In this document: positions 48,516 through 62,739 of the stretch, in pieces
Numbering within the stretch: the first letter of the stretch is position 1
Layout: every line of letters starts with the position of its first letter
Source of the DNA: Malacoraja senta
Lineage: Eukaryota
DNA: 64,000 bases
Reading direction: 5' to 3'
Assembly: GCA_038087875.1 (NCBI GenBank)
Contig: CM075993.1
Span: 9,054,001-9,118,000 of the forward strand
Made by a program: the position numbers and the translations under genes
The notes under the pieces: model-generated
Seen by the model: the letters and a program-made list of their open reading frames with translations, nothing else
Database searches by the model: none
Told to the model about the DNA's origin: nothing

Positions 48516-49189
48516 GCTTTAAGCTGAGACATTTACTCTGTTTTGCTTTTCACAACTATGGCCTACCTGTTGAGTGTTTCCAGTGTTTTTTGGTTTTATA
48601 TTAAATGGAAATCTGGTGCAGACATAACACATCGAAAGAACCTACCATTATCCCTCTACATAAAGTCTATTTCCTTCAGATCAATGAGTATTTTGCAAAT
48701 GACATTAAATGTTGCAACCAAAATTAATGCTATCACACAATGTCACTGTATTCTGGGATAGAATGCTAAAAATACTTTGTGCCTGGAACAAACTGAATCC
48801 TTTGCTAGTAATGCGGAAAACTAATGAAGAAAATACAAGTACAAAGCATGTAGTGGTGGAAATAAGTCAGGAAGATCCAGTACATCATACTCGTAAGAGA
48901 ACACCCACAGTTGTGTTTCCAATACTGCCATCCCTGCAAGGGATTAATTTCACCACAGCAAAGAATGTCTGCGCACTAGCTTCAGAATATTTGCCTTTAT
49001 ATTGGAGTCACAGTTTGAATTCACTCCAGGTTCGGAGTCTTACAGCGTGGAACCAGTCCTTCAGCCCATTATGTCCCTGTTGACCATCACCTAACTGACT
49101 ATTCTAGGAATGTGGCGAGAATAAAATATAAGGAGTGTTGGATTAATGCTTTGATCTGTTATTATCACACCTTACTCCTCCATATCTCT

Positions 49190-49313
49190 AGTCTCCATAT
49201 CTCTAGTCTCCCTCTCCCTGACTCTCAGTCTGAAGAATGGTCTTGACCCAAAACGTCACCCATTCCTTCTCTCCAGATATGCTACCTATCCCGTTGAGTT
49301 ACTCCAGCATTTT
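49190..49313 (+). mobile_element. Penelope terminal-repeat fragment
   Basis: ctcagtctgaagaatggtcttgacccaaaacgtcacccattcc. Confidence 0.7.
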
Positions 49314-49677
49314 GGAATAATGTAAATTGCTGTTTGATAGTCAGCGTAGACTCCATGGGCCGGGAGACCCTTTTTCTGTGCTGTGTGACTCTGACTCAGT
49401 TCCTTGGTTTCATAAGTAGCAGATGAGGATATTATGGAACAAGTCTCGTAGGGATTCTTGTGGCAGGTGGGTAGATAATACAGTAGTTAACATGTTCTTT
49501 CCGCTGTTTTCACTGGGCTTGCATGTGTTCTTCATGAAGAGACCTGAGGTTCTCAGTGCTATCTTGGAAGTTCTTCTCAATATGAACATGGGTTAAGGGT
49601 TCCCACAAGTTAGGGAGAACATTTTATTTTTTTCATTGAAGCTTTGAGATGGCACTCAATTTTGTGCCTAGCTATAC

Positions 49678-49860
49678 ATGTGTAGGAAGGAACTGCAGAT
49701 GCTGGTTTATACTGAAGATAGAGACAAAATTCTGGAGTAACTCAGTGGGTCAGGCAGCATCTCTGGAGAAAAGGAATAGGTGAAGTTTTGGGTCAGAACC
49801 CTTCTTCAGGCTTAAAGATAGAGGTGGAAGGGGGGGAGGAAAACTGGAGGCGACAAAATG
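49678..49860 (-). mobile_element. Penelope 3' end fragment
   Basis: tgtaggaaggaactgcagatgctgg...ttttgggtcagaacccttcttcag. Confidence 0.7.
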
Positions 49861-50519
49861 CCAAACAAATCTCATTGTTGTGATTGAGCACAGCGCAGAG
49901 TACCTGTTTTGGGAGTCTGGAGCCAGGAATGTGAACCAGTTCATTGGAGCTGGCTGACTAATCAGAACCTCAATTCTTGAGACACGGTTGTTTGTTCACC
50001 AGTGAATTTGGACGATTTTGTATAGGCAGCATCGAGTAGAAAGCAAATTCAGTTCAGTAAATAGCTCCGACAACAAAGTAATGTAATATGTTAGCATGAC
50101 CATAGAATATTCTCCTATAATTGAATCAGTGTGAATAAATACATATGTCTTGCAGATAACAGTGCCGAACATGGCAGATGCTATCATTCCAAAGTTTCAT
50201 TTGATATCTTTATCGTCAGAAAAGAGCTGCATCTAAGCATTTAATCATTTTTTGTTCTCTGACAGTTTTACGTTTCATAAAAGCCATTATATGCTATTGG
50301 AGTCTTTCCCAGTAGAATTGACTTTTGGTAGGACCACTTGATTGAGAATTTTGGTTACAATACCATTTAATATGTACATTATTATGCACCATGTCCAAGA
50401 AACCTGACAAGTAGCATATCAATTCAGATTTTTAAGGAGTTCTCCCTGATATTAAATTGAGTTTAAAAGTGCAGGTTAAAAAAAAGTGCAACAATGTAGA
50501 CTGAGAAATTGGGAATACA

Positions 50520-51160
50520 TCTTTAATTTATGAGAGGACCATTCAAGAGTATCATAACAGCAGGAAAAGAGCTGTTCTTGACACATGTTTTCAACCTTTT
50601 GTATCTTCTGCCTAACCTTGGAGGCTGGTTTGTATGATGAACCAGGCTGTCTGCAACTGCATTTTTGGGGGATCTAGAGCAGAGCAGTTGCCATACAGAG
50701 CTGTGATGTATCCCGATAGGATGCTTTCAATGGTGCATTTTTAGAAATTCAGAATTTCCTAAATCTTCTGAGGAAGTAGAAGCATTGCTGTGTTTTCTTG
50801 GCTGTGGCATCAATGTGGCTGATGCAGGTCAAATTGTTGGTGATATTTACTAACACCGAGGAACTTTCAACATTCGACCATCGCCACTTCAGCGCTATTG
50901 AATCAGACTGGACTGTACCCGACCCTGCTTCCTAGTCCTGCTTAAGTCAGTAACTAGCTTTTTCATTTTTCTGACATTGAGGGAGAGGTTGTTGTCTTGA
51001 CACAATGCTACTAAGCTCTCTACCTCCTTCCTGTACTTCACCTTGTCATTGTGTGAGATCCAGCCCACTACGGTGAAGTAATCTCCAAACTTGAGGCTAG
51101 CAGAATTTAGCCGTAGTCATGGGTGCATAGAGAATATAGTAAGGGGCTGAGAACAGCCAG
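50520..51160 (-). mobile_element. Old Rex1/Babar LINE fragment
   Basis: Minus strand KKTQQCFYFLRRFR-like segment (~50755-50805), homologous to the 17760-18014 ORF. Confidence 0.6.
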
Positions 51161-52627
51161 AATCGAGAATCGAGAATCTACAATAACATGTTTTCACAGC
51201 ACAAATTTGATATAACACTATCAATGAATTAGGAAACACTTTGTGTTACAAGGGCCTAATAGTTATAATACAATTTCGCTTGGGAGCTAGAGAACTACAT
51301 AAAATACTTTCAATGCAACCTCCCTGCAGTAACTAATCAGACACCATTGTTTCTTTAGCTACTATTTTCAGGTGGGAAGCTATTGAAATTGACGTGATTT
51401 CTTCCATTGACATTTCTACAATGATACTTCATTTGAACAACGTAACATATAGACTTTAGTATGTTTAGCTTGCAATAACGTACAGCCTTTAGTATGTTTA
51501 GCTTGCGGGAATAAACAGTTATTAAAAACACCTTTATATTTGAAAGTCATGCAGGGAAAATAGTTTTGTTATTGCGGGTCTGAAACTATCCCCTAAATCT
51601 CCTTTTCCCCACTGCTATTATAATGTTATATTCCATAATAACAGGGTTCTTGAGAATGCAAGTATCAAGTTGTAGCAGAACTATTTTTGTCCAATCTGTA
51701 TGGCTTGTGACGTGGAAGGGACTTGCAAGTGATGAAGTTCATTAGCCTCTGTACTAGGTTATCATGGTTGCTGGCAAAATGAGACACTGTCAAAAGCAAC
51801 TTTGACTAGTTGCTGCAGTGCATCAGTGCATCAAACTGGAAAAGCAATGTGCTGGTAGCAGGAGTAAATACTGAAGGTGGTGGAGAAAGCCATTAAAGCA
51901 GGCTCTTTTCCATGAATTGTATCAAGCTTCTTCACAGTTCTCACTCAGCCAAGTGAAAAGCTGTCAAATGTCTGATTCATGCTTGTAGATGTTGAAATAG
52001 TTTTAACATCAGTAGAGAAGTCACTAGCTGCAGCACACCCAGCTTCTAATCTGATCTTGTTGCAATGGTATTTGCATGATTGATCAAAGCAGAATCCCAA
52101 GTGGAGGGTCCAACGGCAATTAAAACAGCTGAATTTTAAGAGGAGACAAAAACATTCTGTCCCTGCAGAAGGCCATTGGGTGACATTTGTATGCTTCAAA
52201 TATTACACACCATTTATCAGCCAAAGCTGAATATTGTCCATCTGGCTACATGCAGTTATGAATAACTTCATTATCAGGGGACTTGTGGTGAGCTGAATAC
52301 CGTCATCAACAAATGCCTCCACTTCCAATAAAAAAGTCAATGATGAATCAACTGAAGATGTGCCACAAAATAACTACTTAAGTAATGTCGTTAGACTGAG
52401 GCAATAGGATCTGACAATTGCAGCAATCTGTCTTTATGCGAGGTATGACATCAGCCATATACGGTCTTTCCAGTGATGCTATTTGACTTCAAATTTACCA
52501 AAGCTCCCTGATACCACACAGAGTCAAATCACTGCCATATGTCAATAGCAGTTGCTGAAACCTCAATTCTGGAATTCAGCTCTTCGTCTATTTTTTTTAT
52601 CAAAAACTGTAGTGATGCGTAAAACCA

Positions 52628-52826
52628 CAAGGAACTGCAGATGCGGGTTTATTTTTAAAAAACACAAACGTTCTGGATTACCTCAGCGGATTAGGCAGCA
52701 TCTCGGGAGGACATAGAAAGGTGACGTTTTGAGTCGGCAACCTTCTTAAGATTCAGTCTGAAGACGGGTTCTGACCTGAAACATCATCATTCCAAGTCCT
52801 TCAGAAATGCTGCCTGACCTGCTGAA
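52628..52826. mobile_element. Fold-back Penelope mini-element
   Basis: aaggaactgcagatg arm; central CTGAAGA-CGGGTTCTGACCT-GAAAC-ATC; inverted arm atgctgcctgacctgctga. Confidence 0.7.
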
Positions 52827-53191
52827 AGGTGGGCATTATGAACATGGGTGTTTCTGTAAATAAGGGTACCATAGCAAAATTGGTGGCCAAATTTGAAAGT
52901 TATTCCATCATAATGAAATACCACAGGATTAAAAATGGGCCTACCTATGATCCTTTTGAGCTAATTTGTGATAAAAATTTAACAAAATTTAATACTTTCA
53001 AAATTTGGGGGGGGGGGAATGAGGAAAAGACATGTGGGACACTTAACACTTAACAATTTCAAAGCACCCTTACAAAATGTCGGCACCTAACCCACCACGG
53101 GGCCCGTAGTTCACGCCAGGGTCATTATAATCACGTTGTGTGAAATTTTTTTTAATCACGACGAGTGCAAAACAACCCGTTATAGTGCTAT

Positions 53192-54127
53192 AGGGAGGTT
53201 GCACGTAGTTGAGGTCACGACCCGTGACCCGTACTGTTGCCACGCAACGCCAACTGGAGTACACGTGATGAACTGCAGGTAAGCATTTGCTATGGTTGCC
53301 AGCACAGCGGGCCCTTCTGGCCCAGCACCCGGACTGGTTGCACACTTGCTGACCCCCGGCCATCTATCCCTAGGGGTGGGGGGGGAGGAGGGGGTCGGGG
53401 AGGAGGAGGAAGAGGTCGGGGTATCGGTGCAGCGCAGTCAGTGACTCGGTGGGCGGAGGGAGCAGACCGTCCCCAACTCTGCTGCAGCTGACGTTGCCCG
53501 GAGCCGCGTCCACGCTCCACCCGGCCCGCTTCACCTGGCCCCACTCCACCGACCCCATGTGCGGGCGCTGCCGACCCATAGCCCCTGACAATGCGGCCCA
53601 CAGGGGGAAACGGGGCAGAGGGCGGCCATGGCTGGACATTGCTGACCCCGGGGAGGAGAGTGGGGGCTGTCCCGAGGGATGCGCTCCTTCGGCCGCTTAC
53701 ACCTTGGTGCTCGGGTTCAGAGCAAAGATACTAGAGCATTTGGTTCTGAGCACTCAGTCACCCAAAAAAATAACCCCACAATATTGCAATCAAATTGCTC
53801 TGACTTTGAGTTTGCTTTATATAGCGAAGGCTTATCAAGATGGTGGTGTCTGGACAGGACAATGAATGCGGCTATTAGTCGCGGATTGTAAAAGACGCTA
53901 CACCATGAGATAACACCAGTTTAAACCTGATACCTTCCCGCATTCAATGACAGCACCCACAATTATTTACAGCGCAAAAAAAGACAATTTTGGCGTTTTT
54001 TAACAAGTAAGAAAGTATGCGTTTCGTGTGTTAACAGTGTATACCGAGGCCGCCATGTCCTCCACATGGATTAAGCTGCTCCGTGCGTCATGCCCTTTGA
54101 CCCGATGACCTTACGTGTAACCCCCCT
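53192..54127. mobile_element. Non-autonomous DNA transposon, ISL2EU/Harbinger-like
   Basis: TIRs AGGGAGGTTGCACGTA / TACGTGTAACCCCCCT (14/16), flanked by AT on both sides (53190-91, 54128-29). CpG-rich interior with no coding signal. Confidence 0.6.
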
Positions 54128-55032
54128 ATAAATAGCATTGACAACGGGAGGGACTACAGAATGAGACCTCTAAAATAAGTGAGCAAACTCAATTTATATT
54201 TCATGATTTTGTTCTATTCATTATTAAGTATTTCAATGGAAAGCTTAAACACAAAATATAAACAATAAAAAAATAACAATAAATATAAAAACGGTTCACA
54301 CGTAACACATTTCACACGTGACCAAAGGGGCACGTTCTGCTGCAATAACATGGGACATCAGAAAACCATCTAATCGGGTGATAAATGATAAAAATCATAA
54401 ACATAATCAGAATATGGCTTATATAGCGTTATTTAATTGCAAAATTAATGTAATCTTTCTGGTATAAATTAGCCTAAGGATTTGATGAAAACCTGCTTGA
54501 AAAATGTGACAAAAAAGGCAAGAAAACACAGGGACATATTTTCTTATTTGTAAAAACAAATTTATTTATTTTTGCTTCATCTCATTATTTTGGCTATACA
54601 CCATGATCTATACTACTTAAAATACAGGATATGAAACAATGGAAATATTACATAAAAAACAGGAAAATAACCTGGAAGTGTGGAGACCTTCAGTTTCACT
54701 ACTGAGTACTGTATTTACGGAAACACTCACAAATTAGTAGTGGGCCACTTTGTCCCTCAAAACTCATCAGCTCTTCAATAAGATCACCGTGCATCTGTTT
54801 GTAATCTCAACTCCATATTCCCACCTACATTGACATTCACTTGTCTTGCTTTTCAATAATCTATCAATGCCTTAAAAGATAAAGAATCATACTGCACAGA
54901 AACAGGTCATTTTGGTCCACCATGTCTCTACCAATGCTAATGCATATCTATGCTTATCCTATCTGCCTGCATTAGGCTCATTTCCCCCTACCCCTTTGCT
55001 CAGGTACCTGTCCAAATGCCTTTTAAATGCTA

Positions 55033-55450
55033 CTAGACCAAGTGGGACCCGTTGGGTCCCGTCCCCCAATGCGGGCGGGGGGGAGGGGGCGCGGTGTCGG
55101 AGGGCTGGTCCCCGAAAGCAATATTCTAACACTCACCCATAGGTCCCAATACTCGCCACTCCCTAGAGAGGGAAGGGGGGTAGAGAGGGAGGGAGAGGTG
55201 GAGAGGGTAGAGAGGGAGGGGAGTAGAGAGGGAGGGGGCTAGAGAGGGAGAGAGGCAGGGAGGGAGGGGAGTAGAGACCCCATCTCCCATTTCCCTCATC
55301 CTCCTCCCCTCCCATTCCCTGCCCCAGGACCTACCCAAGTTGTAGAGCAGCGCCAGGGCCTGGACAGCTTGAGAGCCCATTGTGATTGGTGCACTGTGAG
55401 AGGCAGCCAGCTTGAGAGGCCATTGTTACCTTTGGCAACGATCATTGTGG
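55033..55450 (-). mobile_element. Helitron 3' fragment
   Basis: A|CTAG at 55033-36 and perfect hairpin GGGACCC-GTT-GGGTCCC (55044-55060). Homologous to 11268 (gcaatattc...actcacccatag). 5' end missing. Confidence 0.75.
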
Positions 55451-55911
55451 CAGTTGGCAGCCAATATCCTGGTCAAGCTCTTCTGTGCTCGCCCTACTGC
55501 TATCACATTCTTCCTGTAGTGTGATGACCAGAACCGAACACAACACTCCAAATGTGACAACCAATCTTTTTTACAGCTGCATAATGATATTTATACTCAA
55601 TGCTTTGAGTATGCCTTCATCGCTATCCTACCCACCTGTTGCCACTTTAAGCAAGCTATTGACTTGTTCCCTCTGTACATCAACTCTACAAAGGCATCAT
55701 GCCATTTACTCTTCATGATCTGCCAGAATTCGACCCCGAAATGCATTACCTCATATTTGCCTGGATTAAATTCCATCTGCCACCGTTCTATCCAACTTTC
55801 CATCTGATCTACATCCCACTGTACCGTTTGACAATCCTCTTCACTATCTGCAACTCTTTTTTGTCTCATCTACTAACCAGACCACTCACATTCTTGTCCA
55901 AGTCATTTACA

Positions 55912-56474
55912 TCATCATATCATATACTTATTAAAATTCTGATCTTGTACGTGTGTGTATATGTGGTTGTCTTTACATCTTCGCAAAAACACTATACGGT
56001 AACGATCACATTTTTACATATTCTGATTCACTGAAGATTTAATCCTATATTACAGGTTATTCGCGATTAAAGCTTTAAAAATGCCTACTTTCACAAGAAT
56101 TTTACATATTCTGATTCACGTTTCACCCCTCTAGGCAGAGATCACCTTCACTGAACATTTTTTGCTTTATTTCTCGACTTATTACTAATTAAAGTTTTTA
56201 AAAATCATAAGACTTTGAATTTAAAATGACCAGCTTCAACTGATGACGTCACAATGGCTCGGCTAGCAGTGATCAATGAAGATTTCATCCTATATTTCAC
56301 GTTATTCGCGATTAAAGCTTTAAAAATGCAAACTTTCACAAGATTTTTACTGTTAAAACCCTTCCTCCCAGCTTCCAACACACTTCGATACAAAGTTGCA
56401 GGATAGAAACACTCTGAACTTTTCGGCTTGAGTTGGAGGCCCACGGGTAGGGAACGGTTGGGCATTTGGTCTAG
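55912..56474 (+). mobile_element. Non-autonomous Helitron, complete, inside a CR1 remnant
   Basis: A|TC start, gccca...tgggc hairpin then atttggtCTAG|T, no TSD. Internal duplications (gttattcgcgattaaagctttaaaaatgc x2; tttacatattctgattcac x2). Confidence 0.8.
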
Positions 56475-57759
56475 TATATTATAAAACAACAAAAGTTCCA
56501 ACGTCTATTTGTCACAAACATCCGGAAAGGAAAACCTTTCACCTCTCTGCCTCCTGTCACCAAGCAATTTTTGGATCCAGTTTGCCAAAATGCCTCAGAT
56601 TCCTTATGCCTTAACCATATGGGATCTTGTCTAAAACTTTACTGAAGTAAACCACACCTACAGTGTTGCTGTCGTCAGTTTTCTTAGTTAACTCTTAAAA
56701 ACGCTCAATCAGATTTGTGAGACATGAACTCCTGCCATTTACCTTATGTCTTTTACTAGAATTTGTAATTCAAAGACTGCTTCCACCATTGGAGGAAGTG
56801 AGTTCCAAATCTGCACAATCTCTTGAAAGAAAAGTAATTGTCTCATTGAATAACAGTGACCCCGAGTATTATATTCTCCTACAAGAGATCCTTTAGTTAT
56901 TACATGTTTCCATCATGTTACATTATACTCTTTTAGGACTCCAGCCGATGCAACCCAAGCCTTTTCAACATTTCCACATAAGATATTCTAGGTATAATTC
57001 TCAATAGTGTAGGCTATTGATGTTTGAATGTTTTTAATGTTCAGTCATCAGGAAACTGATGAATGTTCTAATTAACTTTGTAAAGATTGATGAGGGGCTG
57101 ATTGGATTTGTTTTGTTCTCTTTTTTGGGAACAAAGTATACTTGGCCAATAGTATTGCAACTTTCTTCAAAAGCTTGACTAAAGGTTCATCCAATTCTGG
57201 ACCTTGGGTCTTTCATATCAAAGAACAATTGTCATTTGGTCCGGCAGTCTTTCCAGTGTGATCCACTATTTCCAAATATACTGTGAAGTGAAACATAGTG
57301 GCTGAATTTTGACTTCTACTTTGTGGTGACTTCAAGCCCTACAGATGGATTATCCACTTGACGGTCTGATTTAGGATGGTCCCAGCTTTGTCATTTGAAC
57401 ACATGCCATTAATGAGGCTGGGAAATGTCCCATAACTTTCTCTTCCCATTAGTTGTTTATTTGGACAAAGCACTTCAAGTTGTCATCCAAAAAATGATAC
57501 AAAAAGGATTTATGAGAATGCTTCCAGCAATGAGTGATTACAGCTGGAGAAGCTTGGTTTGTTCTTAGCATAAAGAGAGATGAGAAGACATTTTACAGGA
57601 ACATACTATATTTTGGAAGATAAAGAGAGAACAGTTGTTCCTGCTGGCATATTGTTTGATTGGGGACACAGTTTAAAGTGATCAGGAAACATGCAAGGGG
57701 GAAACATGATGAAAATCTTTATCACATAATGCTATGGAACTCTGTCAATACTGATTTTT

Positions 57760-59060
57760 TTTTTAATTAATTCAAGGGATATGAGCTTCCCATGCTGAAC
57801 CACCATTTAATTGCACATCCTTAATTGGCATTGATAAGGTGCTAGTGAGCAGCTTTTTTGAATCGCCGCATCCTTGAAGTGTGGGTATACCCACATGTAG
57901 TTAGGGAGAGAGTTTCAGAATTATGACACAACGATGGTGAGGGAACAGCGATATATTTGCAATTCTGGATAGTGTGTGGCTTGGAGGGCAACTTCCAGGT
58001 GGTGGAGTTCCCATGCTTTTGATGCCCTTGTCCTTATAGTTTTGGAAGATGCTGTCTAAGGAGCCGTGGTGAGTTACTGCAGTGCATCCTGTAGACGGTA
58101 CATACTGCTAATGTGTGTCAGTGATGGAGTGAGAGAATGCATGTGGATTGGAAATTATCAGGTGGGCTGCTATGTCCTGTAAGGTATGGGGCTTGTTGAA
58201 TGTTGTTGAAGCTGCACTCATCCGGGCAAGTAGAGATTCCATCACACTCCTGACTTGAACCTTGTAGACAGTGGGCAGGCTTTGAAGAGTTAGAAGATGT
58301 GTTACTTGCTACAGGATTCCAAATCTCTGATCAGCAATTGTAGTTACATATTGTTTATGGCTATTAAAGTTCAGTTTCTGGTCAGTGGTAAACCCCCAGG
58401 ATATTGATAGTGGAGAAATTCAGTGATGGTAATGCCATTGAATATGAGGGGGTGATAGCTGGATTTTCTCTAATTGTATATCATCTTTGCCTGGCGCTTG
58501 TGTGGCACAATTATTACTAGTCATCTCGCAGGCCAGACCAGATATATTCCAGGTCTAGAGGCATTTGATTGTGGACTGTTTCATTATCTGAAGAGTGTCA
58601 GGTGATGCTAAACATTGTGCCATCAACGACAAATATACTTCTGACCTTACAATTGTAAGAAAGTCGTCAATGGAACAGCTGTAGATTGTTGAGCCTAGGA
58701 CAATACCCTTAGGAACACCTGCAGAGAAATCCTTTGGCTGAGATGATTAACCTCCAACCATCATAATCACCTTCCATGTGCTTGGTATAATTCTAACCGG
58801 TGGAGGATTCCCTTAATTCCCATTGACTCCAGTTAGTTAGAGTTCTTTGATGCCAAGGGCAGTTACTCTCACTTCACCCCGGAGGTCAGCTTCTTTGTCC
58901 ATATTTGGACCAAGAGTGTCATGAAGTCAGGAACTGAGTGACTTTGGCAGAACCCAAATGGTGCTTCTGTGAGCAGTTTGGTTTCATGCAAGTGCTGCTT
59001 GATAATATTATCGATGATCCCGACCTCACTTTGCTGATGATTGAGAGTAGAGTAGTGGAA
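57760..59060 (-). mobile_element. Old CR1/L2-group LINE; related fragments near 6580-6720 and 52200-52600
   Basis: IKQHLHETKLLTEAPFGFCQSHSVPDFMTLLVQIW (QFGFR-like RT motif). 3' end atttaattgcacatccttaattg shared with 6615-6640. Confidence 0.6.
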
Positions 59061-59742
59061 CGGCAATTGGAACAGGATTTTCAACAGCAAGTTAAATAGG
59101 CACAAAATAATTTAAAACTCCACAGCGGAGGAGCCTAGAACAGATTTGCAAAAGATAGAATTTGAATGGAGTCAAATGGCCTCATCCTATGCCGTAATTA
59201 TTCGATTTTGTCCAGTACCACAAACAACTGATAATTTGCTGCTTCACTATTCAAGTTTGTATACTGTGTCTTCACCTGTTTGCATACTGTATCAACTAAA
59301 TTCCCCACCTACAATATTATTGTTATTTCCGATGTGAAGGAGTACTGATCAGCTGAGGGCAGGATGTTTCCTTGTTTCAGGTTCAGAGTCAATGCTGAGG
59401 TTTCCCAGGCCCTCTCCTATCTCATGGGTGGGTGTGTCTGCCAGCAGTCAGATAGACTGAGAAATTGGCTGATATGTTTGTGAGGTTGTTCTTTGATGAA
59501 AGAGTTGTGTTATCAGGATAGGTTTAGCAAGCTCTCCGAATTTTGGCATGTGCCCAGTTGTTAGTGAAGAAGTCAACGCAGACTCCACTGGGATTAATAT
59601 GACTGTATCATGTCTGGCAATTAGGTCCAGTTCAGCGCTCTGTCCTTTTTTTTATTATCATTTTTTTTTTCAGAGGTCAATACCACGAATACCTCTTGCA
59701 TTTATTTAGTTATTTTGAGTGTAGCATCACAAATAAGATTAA

Positions 59743-59958
59743 AGGGCTAGTCCCACTTTCACGACCTAATACCCAACCTTTTTTACTCATGACATTTTTC
59801 ATCATGTTGAAAAAACGGCCCGACCTACTTGATGCCACGAGTACCTACGACTAGCATCACGACCTACCTACGACCTCATGACGACCATGCTGCGAGTATG
59901 AGTCAAGGGCAAACTCGGCAGAGGTCGTGAATTAGGTCATGAAAGTGGGACAGGCCCT
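59743..59958. mobile_element. PIF/Harbinger-type MITE
   Basis: TIRs AGGGCTAGTCCCACTTTCACGACCTAAT / ATTAGGTCATGAAAGTGGGACAGGCCCT (3 mismatches in 28). TAA TSD at 59740-42 and 59959-61. Internal cgacctac repeats. Confidence 0.9.
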
Positions 59959-62739
59959 TAAGGAGGGTAGAATTCTTTCCTTAATGGAAATTAGTGAACC
60001 ATTTGGGTTTTTACAACAGTCTGGTAGCTTCAGGGACAAGACCGCTGTACTATTTTATTCCAGATTTATTAACAGTTTAATTCCCTAGTTGACGATGAGA
60101 TTTGATCATATCCTATTGAATTAATGCCCAAGCGATTTGAAAGCCTATCTAATAACTTAACCATTAAGCTAACTTTCATTAGATTTCTCTAATTGTTCTG
60201 ACCATTGAGTGTAAGCTCAGCTTGCTGAACCTTTCCTCAAAGCACGTCTTTCAGCCGAGGAATCGACATGATGCACCATCTCTGAGCTGCCTTGAATGCA
60301 AAGATATCTCTCCTTAAAATAAAGAGCCAGCACATATAGTTACGCAAATTCTCTGTTTATATTCCACCTCCCTTGCAATTAAGACCAACATTCAATTTAC
60401 CTTCCTAATTACTTTTTGTATTTGGACACACAGATCTTTCTGTACAGCACCATTCTGTAGTCTTTCTCCATGATAACAGTATTCTGTTTTCCCTATTCTC
60501 CTAACAACATGGACACCTTGGTTTCTGCTCTTATCCAGCAGCTGGAAGAATGCTGCACTTGTTCAGGATCCCCCAATTATACCTTTTGAATCCACACATC
60601 AACCTCATTTGTGGTCACATCCTCCTGTTCTCACTAATAACTACATCTGCAGAATTAAAGCATCAAATCATCCTGAAATACAATGGCCAAGTAACTTCAA
60701 TCCCCCTGAGGCTTTGCAGTGTCTGAAGCTCAGACTTCCGCTCATCAACTCTGAGCTAAAGTTTACATTGCACATCGTCTGATGTCATTTCCAGTGCTTT
60801 TGACACACAGGAGAAATTCAAAACAAATTTCCGAAAGGCACAATCTGTTCACAGTTAAGTATTTGTAAAGTACACCAAATAATGTGAAGAGGAAAAAATG
60901 AATAATTCATTGTCTCTCCAGTTCCCTTAATATACTTGTCCATTTATTTTTGTCTTTGGTTCTATGTGATCTTACGTTTATTTGTGCAGGAATGGAGGAG
61001 GTATCTTTCAAGGAGAGAGGAGGGCTGCCTTCAGATAATTACGACCAGCTATTACGTTTTCACTTACTCTAAAATAATTTTCAGGAAAGGTTGCAAGTCA
61101 CAGGCACAAAAATCTGAGGTTAGACCCTGTCAGAATATCAAGGGAGTGCATTACCACTGGAAATGCTTTCTGTCAAGTGTGAGGTCTGGTTGGATGTGAA
61201 AGATTCTCTGACATTATCTTTAAAAAAAAAAGGAATCTAGTATTTATTCTCTAGCAACTAGATTTAGACATTATCTGGTCAGTCCCACATCGTTCTTTGC
61301 TTGTGCTGATCAAATTGAGTGCTGCATTTCCAACAACTCTGCAAGAAGTACTTCACTGGCTGTATATATTGGGATACCTTTTGATGATAAAGGATATTAT
61401 ATAAATGCTAGTTTTATTCTTTGTCAATGTTACAAAAGCTAAGAAGACCTACCTAACCATCTCATTTTACTGAACAATTCATTATCTACCTGCAATAAAT
61501 GGGATAATAAATGTGGAATGCTTTGAGTGATGGAGCCAGGGTCCCTCATTAATTCCTGTTTGTAGTAAGTTGAAATAGAACATGACACCTAGTTTGATCC
61601 AGAGATTTAAATGCCTTTATCATATAATTTTTTTCAGAGCTGATAACATTATGTTTGCTTTAAACTGCTTATGGATTGAATTACGTAGTTGGCAGGAGTA
61701 ATGATGTTGAAAATGAAAACACGAGTTTAAAAACAAGGATTCCAAATGTAAAAAGAATAAACAAAAGTAAGCATTCTCAAAATAATTTCTGAATAATATC
61801 ATAACACACTACTAAATTCTTAATTCCAAAGACTACGGCTAAGTGGCCTTTGGAGTTTTATGATGAAAAGGGATGTTAAATATGTGCATCACTGCCCAGA
61901 AACTGAATTGTTCATAAACAGATTAGTAAACCTTGAAAGAATATTTGGAGACAGAGAGTGACAGGATTTCATCAACTCTGGGACCCGTTGCATCAGACTG
62001 AGCAGACAAGGAGTTTAAGACTAACAGGATTCCAACTCTTACCAGAACTTGTGTAAAACACTACACATAAACATGGACCTGGAGCACAAAGTAAAACAAA
62101 ATATTAGCAACAGCTACAAATGAATGAATACAAAAGGAACACATTTATAAATATATTAGAAGAAGAAGCAAAGTGGACTCCTTAAATGTAAAGAGGAACC
62201 GAGGAATACATTGAATGATTACTTTGAATCAATGATTGTGTTATATTGTTACATTCTTTATCGTGAAGATAGACCTCAAAGCAGCACAAAACATAACAGA
62301 TTGCAGTCGAGCCTGCAAAAGAAACTAAAGTTTAATCTGGACAGAACCTGACCAACATTAATATAAACAAGATAATTATAATGACAAAATCATTCGGACT
62401 AAAGGGTGAACATTTATGAACAATTAATGATGAGAGAAATGAAGACTGGCATTTTTTATAAACTGTGTAGATGGAAGTATTAAATTAAAAACAGAAATGA
62501 CTATATTAAATGAATAGGCAAAAGATCAGCAAATGTTTATTAATCTAACCAAATGTGAAATCAATCACTACGACAGAGAATAATTATTTCAAAAAGATTG
62601 AAAGCTGAAAACACTAATTTTGGAGTCCATGTAGTTCGGTCTTTAAACTGTCACAAACAGGAACTAAATATAATCAAACCTGCTAATGGAAACCAGTTGA
62701 CAACGAGCTGGAGAATAGACCATGCTGTAGTAGACAAAA

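Larger units (their letters stand above)
54885..56740 (-). mobile_element. Degenerate CR1 interrupted by two Helitrons
   Basis: WIERWQMEFNPGKYEVMHFG; CR1 3' tail at ~54885-55030. Confidence 0.65.

Noticed and set aside
52822..54693. Kolobok-like outer transposon (ctgaaaggt ... accttcag)
   Set aside because: The terminal match is only about 8 nt, overlaps a Penelope arm and has no TTAA TSD; cannot be classified.
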